From: the human T2T-CHM13v2.0 reference genome, Homo sapiens | DNA length: 64,000 bases | NCBI RefSeq assembly: GCF_009914755.1 | Contig: NC_060927.1 | Reading direction: 5' to 3' (one strand) | Shown: piece after piece, positions 41,420-58,502 of the stretch | Layout of the letters: every line of letters starts with the position of its first letter | How positions within the stretch are numbered: the stretch's first letter is position 1 | Translations under genes and position numbers: made by a program | The notes under the pieces: generated by a model | What the model saw: only the letters and a program-made list of their open reading frames with translations | What the model was told of the DNA's origin: nothing | The model's database searches: none

Positions 41420-44400
41420 TATTTTTATTTATTTTCACATAGAAACATTATTTAGATATAATTCACATCATCAAATTCATGTATACAATTTAATAGTTTT
41501 TAGTAAATTCACAGAACTATGAAACTCTCACCACAATCAATTTCAAATTTTTATGATTCTACAAGAAGCCTGTTAGTGATAACTCCCGACTTTCCCCCAA
41601 CTGTCTCCACCCGAACTCTAAGCAACCACAAATCTACTTTCTGTCTGTATAAATTTGCCTACTGTGGACATTTCATCTACAAAAATATATATTATGTGTT
41701 TTTTGTGATTAGCTTAGCATAAGCTAATATCATCTGTGTTGTAGCATATATCAGTACTTTATTCTTTATAATTGCCAAATAATATATCATTGTATGCATA
41801 TTCCATATGTTATTTAGTCATTCATTAGTTGATATGCATTTGGGTTTTTATGCTTTGGGGCTTTTATTTTAAAACTCTGCTATAAAAATTTAGGTGCCAG
41901 GTTTTGTGTAGAAATATGCTTTCAATTCTCTTGAGTATATTCCTGAGAACAGTATTGCTGGACTAAATGGTTTCTGCTTCACGTACCTTAAGTGCTCTCT
42001 TTACATAGATGTATACATACTTATAATTGTTATATCTTTCTAATGGATGGTCTTTTCTATCATTTTGAAATGTTCTCCATTATTTTAATATATTTTATTT
42101 TAAAATCTGCTTTGATATTAGTATAGTCACTCTAGCTTTCTATTGCTTGCTGTTTGTATCATATATTATTTTTCATCCTTTTATTTTCAGTCCATTTGTA
42201 TCTTTAAATCTAAAGTGTGTCTCCTGTAGAAAGCATATATTTTTATCATTTAAAAAAATACAGTTTTATAATCTCGGCTTTTTGATTGAATTTTTAATCA
42301 ACTCACCTGTAATCTTATAATTGATATTGGTTAATTTCCATGTATGATATTACAATAATTGATATAGGCTTATTTTCATCCATGATTTTACATTTATCTT
42401 CTATGTTTCATGTCATTTTTGTTTTATGTTCATTCTTTACCACTTTATGCTATATGAAGTAAATATTTTCTAGTTTAACATTTAAATTCCTGTAAAAATT
42501 TTTCACTTTATTTTTAAATTATATTGTTAGTAGATGCTCTCAGGCATATCATATATATTAACTTATCAGAATCTAAATCAGATTCATAATAGCCTAATTT
42601 AGAAGATATAGAAATGCTACTACAATATAGCTGTTTGCTCTTTCTCCCATTTTTGTAGTATTGTTGTTAAACATATTACATTTTAAGATGTTAAAAACAC
42701 AACAATACATGATTACAATTATTACTTCATATAGTGTTATGTCTTTAATAAAGCTGAGAAAAGCAAGGATACCAAGTACCTAAAATTTGTTACATAAAAC
42801 ATATTATATGTTTTTAATTCTCCTAATTTCTTCCTGCAAATTCAAGTTACCACCTAGAATCATTTCCTTATTCTACGAAAAACTTACTTTTTATCCACTT
42901 CCTTTGTGCTGTTATTGTCAAATATATTGCATTTTCTTGTTATAGACCCTGTAATACAATGATAAATAATTGTTTTACATCATTAATTTTGTTTCCCTGA
43001 ATAATCTTTGTTCTGATTATTATTTTTTAATCACTTAAGAGAAGAAAAAAGAAGAAACATGCCATTTTAACCTCTTTTTAATTATACAATTACCTTTACT
43101 GGTGCTTTTTTTTTTCCTTTTCTATCTGAGATCACTTGTTTTAGCCCAACTTTCCTTAACATTTCTTGTAAGGCAGGACTGCTTTAATAACCTCTCTTAG
43201 ATTTTGTTTACCTGAAAAATATTTTATTTCACCTTCATTTTTGAAAAATAATTTTACTGGATATCAGGTTCTTATCTGACATTTTTTCCTTCTTTTAGCA
43301 CTTGGGATATGCTACCCAACTACCTTCTGACCTTCATTGGTTTTGATGAAAAGTCAATTGTCAAGGGAGTTCCTTTGTAAAAGTACCCGTTGTTGTTGGC
43401 TTATTGTTTATTGATTTGGATGAGGTATTTCTATTGCAGTGTGATGTCATTCCTCAGGAAACGCAGGCTTTGGCACGTGCACAGCCACCGTGGGAATGAT
43501 AATGGCTTCAGCAGGGCTCTCACTGAATGTCTTTCTTTCCTGTTGTCTCTGTTAAGCTCTCTGCTTACGTTAGTATCACACCCAGTGATTCCCCTTCACT
43601 ATTTGTCAGCTGGTTGCCCTACTGTTTTCAATAATGCTATGTGCATAAGTTGTTCTATAGCTTGATCCATTTACATCTAGAATCCTTTGCTGGGCTTTAT
43701 TGTTTTGTTTTGTTTTTTCTTGAGGCCAGTCTTTGAGATTTTCTTTAACCTGTGACGACAGGAAGGCCGTTGCTAGTTGTCTTTTTCTCTGGTTTTCTTT
43801 TATAAACTATGGTTTAGCGTGCTTATCTCATCTAAACACAAGGGCTTTCTTACTTGCTTTCTTCCAAAGTCTCCACTTTGAACTTCCCCCAACTCTGTTC
43901 CAAATAGTTCGTTCCCTTAGAGAGCTTCAGAAAAACACTTCCCTGTTATAGCTGGCTTCTTCCCTGGGCAAAATGGTGGTAGCTTCCGGTCTTCTTGCTT
44001 TGTCTCTTCTGGATTGAAATCTCCCCTCTATAAGTGAGCTAAAGTGAGAGCTATTGGGGTCCCTTTATTCTTGGCATATGAGCAGGGACTGGGTGAAAGA
44101 AGAGAGTCCCAACCTTTCAGCCACACCACCTGGAATTTTGACTTTGCAACCAAGAGTAATAATGACTGAAATAAGAAATGCTGGCAGCCTGCCTCTTCTG
44201 GAAAGGACCGTAGTCCTTCGTTGAGGAAACATGGATCTCCACCTTGGGTACATCTATCCAGTTTTCCTAATGCTGAGTTGGGGATGAGGTTGAATTAGGG
44301 AGAAAGTCATGGTTCAAATACCATAGACTCTATCTGTTCTTACTAAGATTTGCTAGTTTTTTAAAATAATTATTTGTTCATTTGCTATAGACCCTTGGCA

Positions 44401-44520
44401 CAATTTTCAGAGACCTTAAATATGTATGTGTGTTTTAGAATAGTTTTCACTAGTTATGGTTGTTTAGCTGGAGAGAAAGTCTGCAGAGCTACTTATTTAG
44501 CATGATGTTCAGGAGTTGCC
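41420..44520 (-). mobile_element. Old L1M composite (3' end plus internal and 5' segments)
   Basis: Antisense L1MB-like 3' end (ctctaagcaaccacaaatctactttctgtctgtataaatttgcctac), then T-rich L1 internal sequence. Confidence 0.65.
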
Positions 44521-47426
44521 CCCAATTTCTTTTTCATACTCATACGTTTTCACGATATTGACTCGTAAATTATTCTAATTTATCTTCTTAAAAATATATT
44601 CCTTGCTTTATGTTTATGTATCCTTTTGTCTCTCACTTCCTGCTAATTTTTCATAGATAAAATCTGCACTTTTCTATTTTATATTCAAAAAATGTCTTTA
44701 TTTTTTGCCTCTATAGGAGATGAAACTATTTTATAATTTTCTTTTTCCTTGTAAGTATAGATAATGTTTAGTAATGTTATTCCCCCTTTTTTTGTAAAAT
44801 TTATATGGAAAAATGTTTATGAATTGAAAAGATTTAACAGCTAGGTATATTTTTAACTTGGTAATTTTTCATTTAGTTTTTTTCTCTTTAGTGATATTGC
44901 CAATCTCCTTTCTTCCCCCTTTTGTCTATGGTGAATGCCTGAACTCCCAACTCTAGGAAGTTCTGATAAATGGGACTCTAATCTAGTTGATCTGCAGTGA
45001 GAATTACAATGGCTTTGGAAAATAGCAAAGATAGAATTGAAAAACAAAGGGTAAATATAGATCTGCGTAAAAGAAAAAAGTTAGTCTGTCTAATTCCAAA
45101 TATTTTGTCATATCCCTCTAGATTTTGTATTCTTCCAATACAGAAACTGATGGGAGGATTTAAAAAGAGATAAACTACAAAGAAAATCAATTAAAGACTG
45201 ACAACTGTCCCCGAATTATATATATTGACATGGAACGAATCTACTTACTAGAAGGAAAAGAAGCTTTACCTGGCTGATTGCAACCTTTATTTTAATTAAT
45301 TAAAAACATACTTGTTAAGCATCTATGATGTTTCAGATACTGTCCTAGATGCTGTACCCAGCGTCTAAAACCTATAGAGAAATATAAAAATTAGGAATTT
45401 CTGCAGACGAAAGAAAGAAAAGAGAGCAGAAGGGAGAGAAAGAATGAACAGAAAAAGAAAAATAATTAGTAAAAAAGGAAATAACAAAGTTAAAAATTTA
45501 ATCTAATCTTTATTTTATGAATACATAATTTATATTGAACCTTGTGAATGTCCCAATGGGTAATTTTAATTTTTAAATGATGTGATTCTCAGAATACAAG
45601 GTAACCTGTTGAAAAATTATTGTAAAAACTCTGGTAGTACATGGTACATAGAAATATTGTAATATATTCAGAAACTTATCATTTCATCACAATGTTTTAC
45701 TGATGCAAGTGATTCATTTATTCATTTTCACTATAGGTAGATGAGGAGCAGGTTGCTTTTTCTGACATGTGCTGAGTGCTGCAGGACTCCATGAAACAAA
45801 TAGTTTGATTACCAGAAAATTGCATCATCATAAATGTTTCAAAGAAGTCACACTTGCCTGCTGCTACAGAAGTTGCTCAAATGCGTAGATATTTTTATTT
45901 CCTTAAAGTTTATTCTACTGAATAGACTTAAAATAATTTTCTGCCATATGTTATTATATTTTGGGCATGCAATAAAACATCATTTTAAATATATTTGAGG
46001 AGAAAGGACATTCTAATGTAGACAAATATAGAGCCCACCCTGAGGCTTCGAGTCAGGTAATATATGTACCTGGTTCTTGTAGCACCTCTCAATGTAGATC
46101 TGCGAAATAACATTTAAGATACATTTTATGAAAAGCATTGACATTTTACTTGTCTGGGTAAACTGAAAAAGAGACTTTAATATTTAGATAAATGAAGTAT
46201 CTCCTCTTAATAATCTTCCATAAACATTATTTTTCTCATCTGACCTTTTCAGATCTATTAAGAAGAGCTGAATTTCAGTACTATTCCTTGCTAAGTGGGA
46301 TAGTTATCCATGTTACCAATGAATGGTGGGGTCATACCTGTAGAGTCAGTTAAGAAACAGGATTATGACTGGTACTTCCTTCAAAAAGTTGAATATTATA
46401 AGGACTTTTAAAAATCTACCCTATTTCAGACAGGAATTGTATGAAAGGGTGCTCATAGGCAAGAATGAGATTTGCCTCAAGAATTTGTTTGAATTCTTTT
46501 TCAGTGCACAAATGAATGTGGTTACCAGACTTTAAAGTTATACAATGTAAAATATAGCCACTATGTTTGGTCTAGAGACAGTTTAAAACAAATACAAAAT
46601 GAAAAGCTTTGCTTGAACATTAAAGAAAAGTGTTTTGTAAAATATCTTTGAGCATTTAACCTTAAGACACACACAAAAAAGTATTGACATTTCCTCTAAG
46701 ACAAATTGCCTTTAAAGTATGCATCCAAGTTACTGAATGAATTAGCCAGACATAGTTACTTTAGGTCAGTTAAGAAAGAAATAATGGGGAAGTTGGCTGT
46801 GTTCTAAAAATGGTGTATTTAGTTTTAGGAATTTTGATTTACAGAACTGTGAAGCAGTAATTACAACATGTCCAGTTCTCCACTGAGTTCGTTCACTCCT
46901 AATTTTTGACAATAAAGCCAACTCTCATGTAATGCGTATATTTTCTGTTCTCTATGAGATGAGGTCATGAATCTAGCTCACTGGTTATGGCACAAAATCA
47001 TTAAAGGACCACTGACAACAATTATGTGGATTCAGACTAAATTCCTTGATTTCTCCCCCTGAAACTATCATGTTATCCATCAAAAACCACTTTTACAAAC
47101 CTTACCTCTGAAAATACTAGTAAAGTTCAAGTTCCATATAAGCATCACTGTTTGGGACACACTAAGACCATGCTGTTTTGCTCATGGTCAGAGAATTCAA
47201 GGCCCATATAGGAAATGTCACTTAATAGCCTACATGATTCCTAAGAGATACCTTCAAGTGATGAGAAAATATGGAAGTTTCAGTTTCTAAATCCTGCCTT
47301 GTTCCCAGTGTGGTCTATTGAACTTGGAATGGATTAAAAAGAACTGGCCTACTCTAGGCAGATGGCTGATAAAGAGGTCTATTTCAGGATCCAGGGAAAG
47401 TATTTCATTATAAAAGTGAAGGTATT

Positions 47427-47723
<297 letters not shown>

Positions 47724-48438
47724 GAAGGTATCTTCTTTTCCAGTCTGTCTAAATAGCACCAAAACCGCAAAAGTGGAGAAAGCAAATAAACCAAAATAGT
47801 TGAGATTATACTGCTCAAGGCATATAAGCACCACTGTGGAGACAAGGCAACTTCTCTAGGAACTTCACTTAAGAGGATTTTCTTTTTCCAAAACTTCATT
47901 CTAAAAGTGGCCAGAAACTAGATATAGAGCCTGATGAGTTAATATTATAAACCTAGGAAAGATGGATATGAAAGTATCTCCGGAAATATGATATTTTGTG
48001 AAAAAAAATTGGATGCAAGAAAATCAAGATATCTTGGCTTTTTTTTTTCTTCTTTCTTTTTTTTTTTTTTTTTCCAGTTAACCTAACTTGAAGCATTTAA
48101 ACTTACTTATTTTGGGTGCTCCAGTGCTCGAACTTAAATTTGCTATTTCTTTTTTCACCTTAGTTCTTGCTAAGACAAAAGATCTAATCTCCTGAATATA
48201 AGGAGATTGCTATTCTACAATCCAGATTTTATAAAGATAAATAATATAAAAACTAATAGAAAGTCCTTTATCTTGAGACTTTACCAAGAAATATTTAGGC
48301 AGCTAATTTTTGTTTAGAATTATACTTGAGGAATTTTTCTTTAGGTATATTTAAAAATTTTATTATAGAAAATTTCTGACATATGCAAAGTAAGCACAAT
48401 AATAGAATGAGAAACTGCATGCCATCACCCAGTTTTAA

Positions 48439-48821
<383 letters not shown>

Positions 48822-49359
48822 TACAGTTGTGATTTTTGAGGGAAAATTTACATACATTGAAATAAGCTAATCTTAACTGTAAAATTTTTACACAAATTGC
48901 AAAGCAGATGACCTCACACCGCTTTTGATGTAGAGCATTTCCTTAACTCCAGAAAACCCGAATATATTCTCTCCCAGTCAGTTTCCCACATGACTCACCA
49001 CCAAAAGTGACCACGTTTTGACTATTTAAATATCCAGAAGGTCTACTAGAGAGAGTAGGAGGAGTGGTTATGTGGATTATGAAAGAAAGAAATTCTGAAA
49101 TTTCCTTTGTTTCTTGTTTGTTCTCAAGGTTTTCTAGTCATTTCATTAACACATTATGTAATATATAGGACGTGCATATTTTGAAAAATGTAAAACGAAA
49201 TATATATATATATATATATATATAATGTCCAATGGAAGTTTTTGAAAAGAAACAATTAAAAAATAACAAGAGAGAGAAAAAGAGAAAAAGATGGGAAGAG
49301 TAAGTCCCACTATTCCCACTCCATCTTTAGTTATGTCTCCAGTGTCAAATGTTTGCACT

Positions 49360-49490
49360 GTACTCTTGCTCCTCAAAATATGGTCTGTGGGCTAGCAGCA
49401 GACTCTCAGACTCCACACTCTAACCTACTGAATGCGAATCTGCATTTTAACAAGATCATATGTGCATTGCATTTTGAGAAGGCTATTCTT
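49360..49490. mobile_element. MER5A1-like remnant
   Basis: acctactgaatgcgaatctgcattttaacaagatc. Confidence 0.65.
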
Positions 49491-51719
49491 GATCACCATG
49501 TAATATAACTGACATGCAAAGGAAAGGAAAGTGGACAGAACATGAAAGAAGGATACACGTGGTATCAGCAAATAAACTATACAATGTAAAGAAAATTTCT
49601 GTTGGCTGTATAACTGTGTAATGCATCGTTATTTTAAAAATACAGAAAGGGAAAGCAGAGATACATTTTAAGTGTCTTCTCTATTCATTTCTTTGGGGAA
49701 GAAGGTCAGCCTAAAATATGAGAAAAGATATTATGATTGGCTCTTCTCAATGTTTTTTCTGTTCATCTTAAGGCTTCTGGTAACCCTATAATCTATCACA
49801 TAAGCCGATATTAAAATCAACAAATTACACTTTTGTTTATTTTACTTGAATTAGTTCATTAAAATTTTATGATTTATACAATTGCTATCAAATTTTATGT
49901 GTCCAATTAATATTACATTAAATGCTACTTTTGTAAGGGAAACAGCTAAAAGAAGCAGATGTGTGAGTTCTTAAAGTGCAGCTGTTATAAAAAGTAAACA
50001 ACCAGCAGTAATACTTTGGAGTAATTTCTCATATGTTGTGTAGCACAATTATAAAAATTGTTTGTCAAGAGATCAATATTTTCTTACTCTGACACTGCTT
50101 AGAGCTAGGAACAAGTAAACATTGGGCATAGAGTTATAAAAAAAGAAAATAAATGTAAAAATGAAGCAACATATTTGTATAAATCTATGAGACTGAAAAG
50201 TGAAAGAACCTTATAATATTTTAAATATAAGCAAAGAATCATAAATGCATCTGAATTATTGTGACATATTTTTTCTGAAAGGTCATAGAGTCTTTAATAT
50301 TTTTAAATGGAATTGTACCTAATTTTCAAGTGCAAAAATCTTAGTAAATGACTTTAGTAAAAATGAGATGAGATATTTCATAGGACACGTTTATAAACAA
50401 TTCTGCGTATAATTTTGTATCCTGTGTTATTTACTTTCAGTTAAAAGATGGAATTGAGACTTCATGGTTCTGTTCTTCTTTCTAAATGTTAGAGATTTTC
50501 TTACTCTTCAGAATTGCCTAACATACATAAAACATTTTGTGGTAAAAATCTTAATTAGGTCATTTTCCCCTAATATGTGAAACTATAAACATATTTTCAA
50601 GAACAAGACATATCACATCTATCATTTAATCTCTTACTAATGTTTATTTTATTTCTATCTTTAAAATCAATCAATATGATAAAGTCATACTTCTGAAATA
50701 AGTGAAAGTTAGTGAACATGCATATGTCTATTAATCAAATGTTACATCAAATCCAATACTATTTTAAAAGCCCAATCTTTGCGTAAGGCACAAAGATAGA
50801 AAAACTGAATGTATTCATTTTTGTTATTAATACATTTTAAAATGTTTTTAAAATAAATTACTTAATATAAGTTAAAATCAAATTATGTATTTTATGTGAA
50901 AGGTCTTATTTACTGACAATATCAATGTTTATTTGATACTGAATGATGTAAAAAAATGACAGAAAGCAAGAAAACTGAATACACTTTTCCATCAACTACA
51001 TTTAAGATCTTGTTATAATGATAACTTAACCTTATCTTATTAGTTTGATTTCTAAACCTTTAAAATTGCCCTCTTCTTATCAGCTACTTCAGACTTGAGA
51101 AATTACAAATTAAGCAAAAATATTGCTAAACCTCTTTTCCACAAAGAACAAATAGTCCCTTAGTGCACCATTTAACGATGGATCTAAATCATGCACAGCA
51201 AGTTTAAATATCGATAAATGAATTCACATCTTGTAGAAAGTACTCTTGTTCATGCTGAAATAAATTCCTCAGCCAAGTGAAGAGCATTCATCTCAATGTA
51301 AATTTCACTGCAAATATATACTTAAGTATTCAAAATATTCAGATGGCTGTGCTCCTTTTCTTTCCAAAGATGACAACTTTCTCATCCTAAGTATCCTTTA
51401 GCAATTTATGTTCACCTCACATTGTTCATGTTAAAGTTGTATTTCAAATGCATTGTGCTTTCTTTTAGGCATAGCCATATAGTTGTAAATTTGCCCTTCC
51501 TAACTGTGCTTGTGGCTCAGAAAATTAAGATTATGTTTTAGTAAAACTTATAGCTAAGAGAAAAGACAGACTACTTTTGTAAGATGATATGCATTGTTTT
51601 AATGGAGTATATAAGAATATCTTGTGCCTGATTATAAGCTAGGTAAGCCTGAGACCAAAGAAATAAAATTGCTGCGCCCCCACCCTTTTATAATATTTCT
51701 GGATCTAGCTCTTAGAATT

Positions 51720-51988
51720 TTTTAATTTTTTTTATTATTTATTTATTTATTAATTTTTTTTTTTAGACAGAGTCTTGCTCTGTCACTCAGGCTGGAGTGC
51801 AGTGGCGCCATCTCTGCTCACTCTGCAAGCTCTGCCTCCTGGGTTCACGCCATTCTCCTGCCTCAGCCTCCCGAGTAGCTGGGACTACAGGTGCCCGTCA
51901 CCACATCCGGCTAATTTTTTTTGTACTTTTAGTAGAGACGGGGTTTCACCGTGTTAGCCAGGATGGTCTCGATCTCCTGACCTCGTGA
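51720..51988 (-). mobile_element. 5'-truncated AluY
   Basis: Y diagnostics (gcaagctc, gttcacgccattctc); stops at gacctcgtga; flanked by agaattt. Confidence 0.9.
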
Positions 51989-52176
51989 AGAATTTATTTT
52001 TTAAGTAATTGTAATTTTATTTAATTGAATTGAAATAGATTAAATGTTAAAATCACAAATATTTGCTTCTTAAAAATTGATAAAAATAGGGAGAAGCTGT
52101 TTCCATTATCTTGAGTAAATGCAATCTGTTTTATTTTGAAAGGTGTCACATTTTAAAATTCATATTTTATTTTCAG

Positions 52177-52347
52177 ATGTAAAATATTTAAAAGAAGAGG
52201 ATGCAAATCGCAAGACATTCACTGTCAGCAGCACACTGGACTTCCGAGTGGACCGGAGTGATGATGGAGTGGCGGTCATCTGCAGAGTAGATCACGAATC
52301 CCTCAATGCCACCCCTCAGGTAGCCATGCAGGTGCTAGAAATACACT
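52177..52347 (+). CDS. CADM2: CADM2 internal coding exon, C-terminal half of Ig2
   Basis: Acceptor ttttattttcag|AT, donor CACT|gtaagt; 171 nt, phase 1-1; (D)VKYLKEEDANRKTFTVSSTLDFRVDRSDDGVAVICRVDHESLNATPQVAMQVLEIH, lies within ORF 52143..52355; second Ig2 Cys and an N-A-T sequon. Confidence 0.96.
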
Positions 52348-53329
52348 GTAAGTAAACACTACTTCCCCCTCCTTTATCTCAGCAGCAAATCTCTTCATCT
52401 GCATCTAAAATCATTTCAAAACTACCTGAAGTTATAGCAAAGGTGCAGTAAAATCCACGGCAAAATGAAGTAAAACTACATTCACTAGTATTAATCAGGT
52501 TCAAAGGAAAACACTCCTTGTCTGAGTTTCATTCTTAACAATGAGGAAAAATGAAGGAGATGTACGAGGTTAATACTCCTATGTTTCAAATTGTGGCTTA
52601 ACGTAGGCGTGCACGTAAGGGTGGGGGAGAAAAAGTAGTAATTTGAGCAAAATCACTGAGAATCGGTAATCTGAGAGGGCCTTGATGAACAGTGTTATAT
52701 TAAAATAACTTTATTTTATGCAATTGTGGCTTCTCAGCTATGCTTTTAAGATTAGACTAGTTTTACCTTCTCTATGGCATATACTAATGTATAAATATAG
52801 GAGCTTATTTATTATGTTTTCATCATCATCATTATTCACAATCAATAAGAACAAAATTAATTTTGTGAATCTAATAGATCGGGGCAGTGCTAAATGTTTT
52901 GCTGGAATTATGTCATTGAGTACTCATTTACGAATAGTAGCCTGATGAGTAGTTACTCTCATTAGTCACAAGATACACACAAGGATTCTGAAGATTATGG
53001 AGGCTGAGTCACACAACTAGCAAATGACAGACTTGTAATTATGGCAGTTTTAGTACCTAGCAAGGTTTTAGTAGACAATTATATATACTAATCAAAATGA
53101 AAATGAATGAATTGAAACATGTGAAATAAAATATAAAAGAATAGAGGATAGGAGATAATATGTTCTGAATTGCAATATTTGATTTTCTAGATAATGAAGA
53201 TTTTGTTTTCTCTATTTGTGATAAAATTATAGCTTGAGCTTAGAAATTGTGTGTGATATGCAATTACATTAAATCCTAAAATACTAAACTCTAAGTACTG
53301 TTCCAATATGTTTCATTGCATTTTGTTTT

Positions 53330-53820
53330 CATTTATTTATTCAACAATAATTTTTTAGTGGCACTATGTAATAGGCATTGTTTTGGGCACTGGGGTTACA
53401 GCAATGACCAAACAAAAACACAAAACAAATTGAGTTTGTCTCCAAGTGTCAAAATAATCACCTCCGCTATCACCAACAAACTTCATTTCTCTTACAGCAT
53501 CCATTCTAGGTAGGGATGAAAAAAATAAATAAATGGAACATATCACATGTTACATATTGATAAGTACTAAGTACCTGTTGATAAGTACATGGCTGCAAGG
53601 AAAATAAAGCATAGGAGGGCAGTAAGGAGACTGAAATGGAGATTAAGGAAAGTGAGTATGTGTGTTGGTGTAATGCAGAGGGAAGGGCAAGTACAAAGAC
53701 CCTGAGGTAGCTTGTTTGTTGTTTTTATTTCTAGGAATAGCAAGGGTGCCAGTGAGACTGGAGTAGAGTAGACTAGGAGAAAAATACAGAGTGTTGTGAG
53801 AAAAGATTGGAGAATTGCCA
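53330..53820 (-). mobile_element. L2 3' fragment
   Basis: atttatttattcaacaataatttttt...ctatgtaataggcattgttttgggcactgggg; gggcaagtacaaagaccctgagg. Confidence 0.7.
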
Positions 53821-54439
53821 GGTGAACTAGAATTTTTTGATTACTTTTTATATGGAAAATATAAAGCTGACTATAATATGCTTATTTTTAAATTATTCTT
53901 AGTTTAGTAGTTATTGAAAACATTATAATGTTTAAATGATTACAATTATGTTAGGTTAATTTTAGTAATTTACTGCTATTCTCCTTGAAGCAAATTCAGA
54001 AAGAAGCATACTTCAGAGCCCAAATGGAGATTATCTCTCAATTTTGACATTTATTTGTATTTTGGCTTTGGGAAAATTACTGAAACTCGTTGAGCTTTGA
54101 TTATAAAGTAGAGGAGTCATTCCTGTGAGGACGTGATGATAGGCTAGAGAATTAATTCCTTGAACTTAAGTCAAGTTCATGGCATTTAATAGACTGAATA
54201 AATGTCAATTGTCTTCCTTTTTCTGTTTCTTTTTCTTACATCAGTGGGTCTCTCAAAATATAAAAAATTGTGTAACAATATTTTTAAAGGACCAGGATCA
54301 ACAGCATTTTAATTTAAACTCTTTAATATTTACATACAAAGCAAAGTAAAACTAAATTTAAAATAATAATTGACTACTTAGTTAACGGTAATTCTAACAT
54401 ATAATTAAATAAAACAATAAAAATCAGTCATAAGAACTA

Positions 54440-54925
54440 TTGAAGACCACTTCCAGTCACAGATCACCCAAAATCTACCAATAGTCAAGCAAAACCACAT
54501 TTATGTAAGTTGCTCTGGCAAAGGAGAAAACATAGCAGATGAATCTCTGGATGTAGGTAAGAAAGAGTGAGAAGAGACTTGTTACAGGATTTGGGCTTGT
54601 GCCGGGTATTCTAAAGAGGCTTCTGGATTGTGTGTTCTCAGGATTAGGAGCATGTCAGTGATGGGTGTATGAGTAACTTTAGCTAAAAAATGAAAATATT
54701 GTAGGTTTGCTATTATAAAGACACAGTAGTTAATTTTGCTAATTTTGTGGACATTGAGGGTCCTGATCTCTGTCTTGTTTCACACCTGGTCATAAGATGA
54801 ACTTGTCTTTGTGTTATTCCACGCCACAGTCACAGACTACCTTTATTTGATTACTCTACACATTCTGGAAAATTGTTTGTTGAGAATATTTTAGCCTATA
54901 TGTCAGCTGCCAAGGTCATTTTCAC
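54440..54925. mobile_element. Possible ancient ERVL-type LTR remnant
   Basis: Block of higher GC with TG...CA-like ends (tgaagaccac...gtcattttca); family not recognised. Confidence 0.3.
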
Positions 54926-55976
54926 TACTTTGGAAATCAAAAATGGAAGTATTATACAATTCTTGAGCATTTTAGCCATTAACCATATTTCAATATGCAT
55001 GAATAAGTAAAACTTCATGGAGGAAGGCAATTGAATTATCTAATTTTTAAAGAAAGTTTTACATTAAAAATGTTACACTTTTCATGGCTAGCCAATTAAA
55101 AATAGCATCTCATTCTATCATGGTTTAATATGTAAATGGCTAGAAGGCAGAAACCAGATCTATTTAAATTATTTTCCTAGCATCTAGCATACCATCATTC
55201 AAGTATGTGAAGTTAATTAAAACTAACTGATGATAATGCTAAATGTTTCTTTAAGCGTGCAGAACATTCTCCGGAGATTAAATGAGTAGAGGGTGGAAAG
55301 GAGACATTGAGCAACAGTCAGCATCAATATTAGAGCAAATTGGTGTGATTTTCATAAACATCTTAGAATAATGATAATAGCATCTCAATAGTTGTTCCCA
55401 GAGACAGTAGATCATGGCTGCACTTAGATCCACATGTGCAATCTAGATTATATAGAACTTTCCATGAATGAGAAGGAGGAAAGAAGAGCTCAGCCTTGGA
55501 AACGAAGAAGATGGGTTAATCTGGGATTTATGGAGCATAATTTTAGTATTTCTCCATTGTTTGACAATATTCTTGTGATGAATAACCTAAAAGACTGGCC
55601 CAAATGGAAGAACATTTAGCATTTCAGATCCACAGAGATGATATTGTTTTCAGTGGTAAGTCAAAAGAGTAAATATATATTCCTACAATAATGGAAACAG
55701 CTATGACTACATCTAAAATAAAAATCCTCTGATATTGTAGAAACCTAAGTTTGGTGAGCAATAAGAAATTAAAGATAAACATACAATGCCAAGAGGCATA
55801 ATGAAAAAAGTATAGTAGGAGGACTTATATTTCTAGGGCTTAACTGTGTTAAGTCTGTAACCTTGTGATATACAATTTATATGAATCTAGCCTGTAAAAT
55901 ATATCAGAGCAATGTTTTTAAAAATAAAATATTAATCATACATTTAAATACTGCCACTATGATGAAAGAGAGTTCT

Positions 55977-58502
<2,526 letters not shown>

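Noticed and set aside
52143-52176. Upstream alternative acceptor (gaaag|gtg) extending the third exon
   Set aside because: Adds 34 nt, shifting frame, and has a weaker tract than the 52177 acceptor.
52317-52337. Donor-like CAG|GTAGCC and CAG|GTGCTA inside the third exon
   Set aside because: Would remove 28 or 16 nt (frameshift) and match the intronic consensus less well than GTAAGT at 52348.
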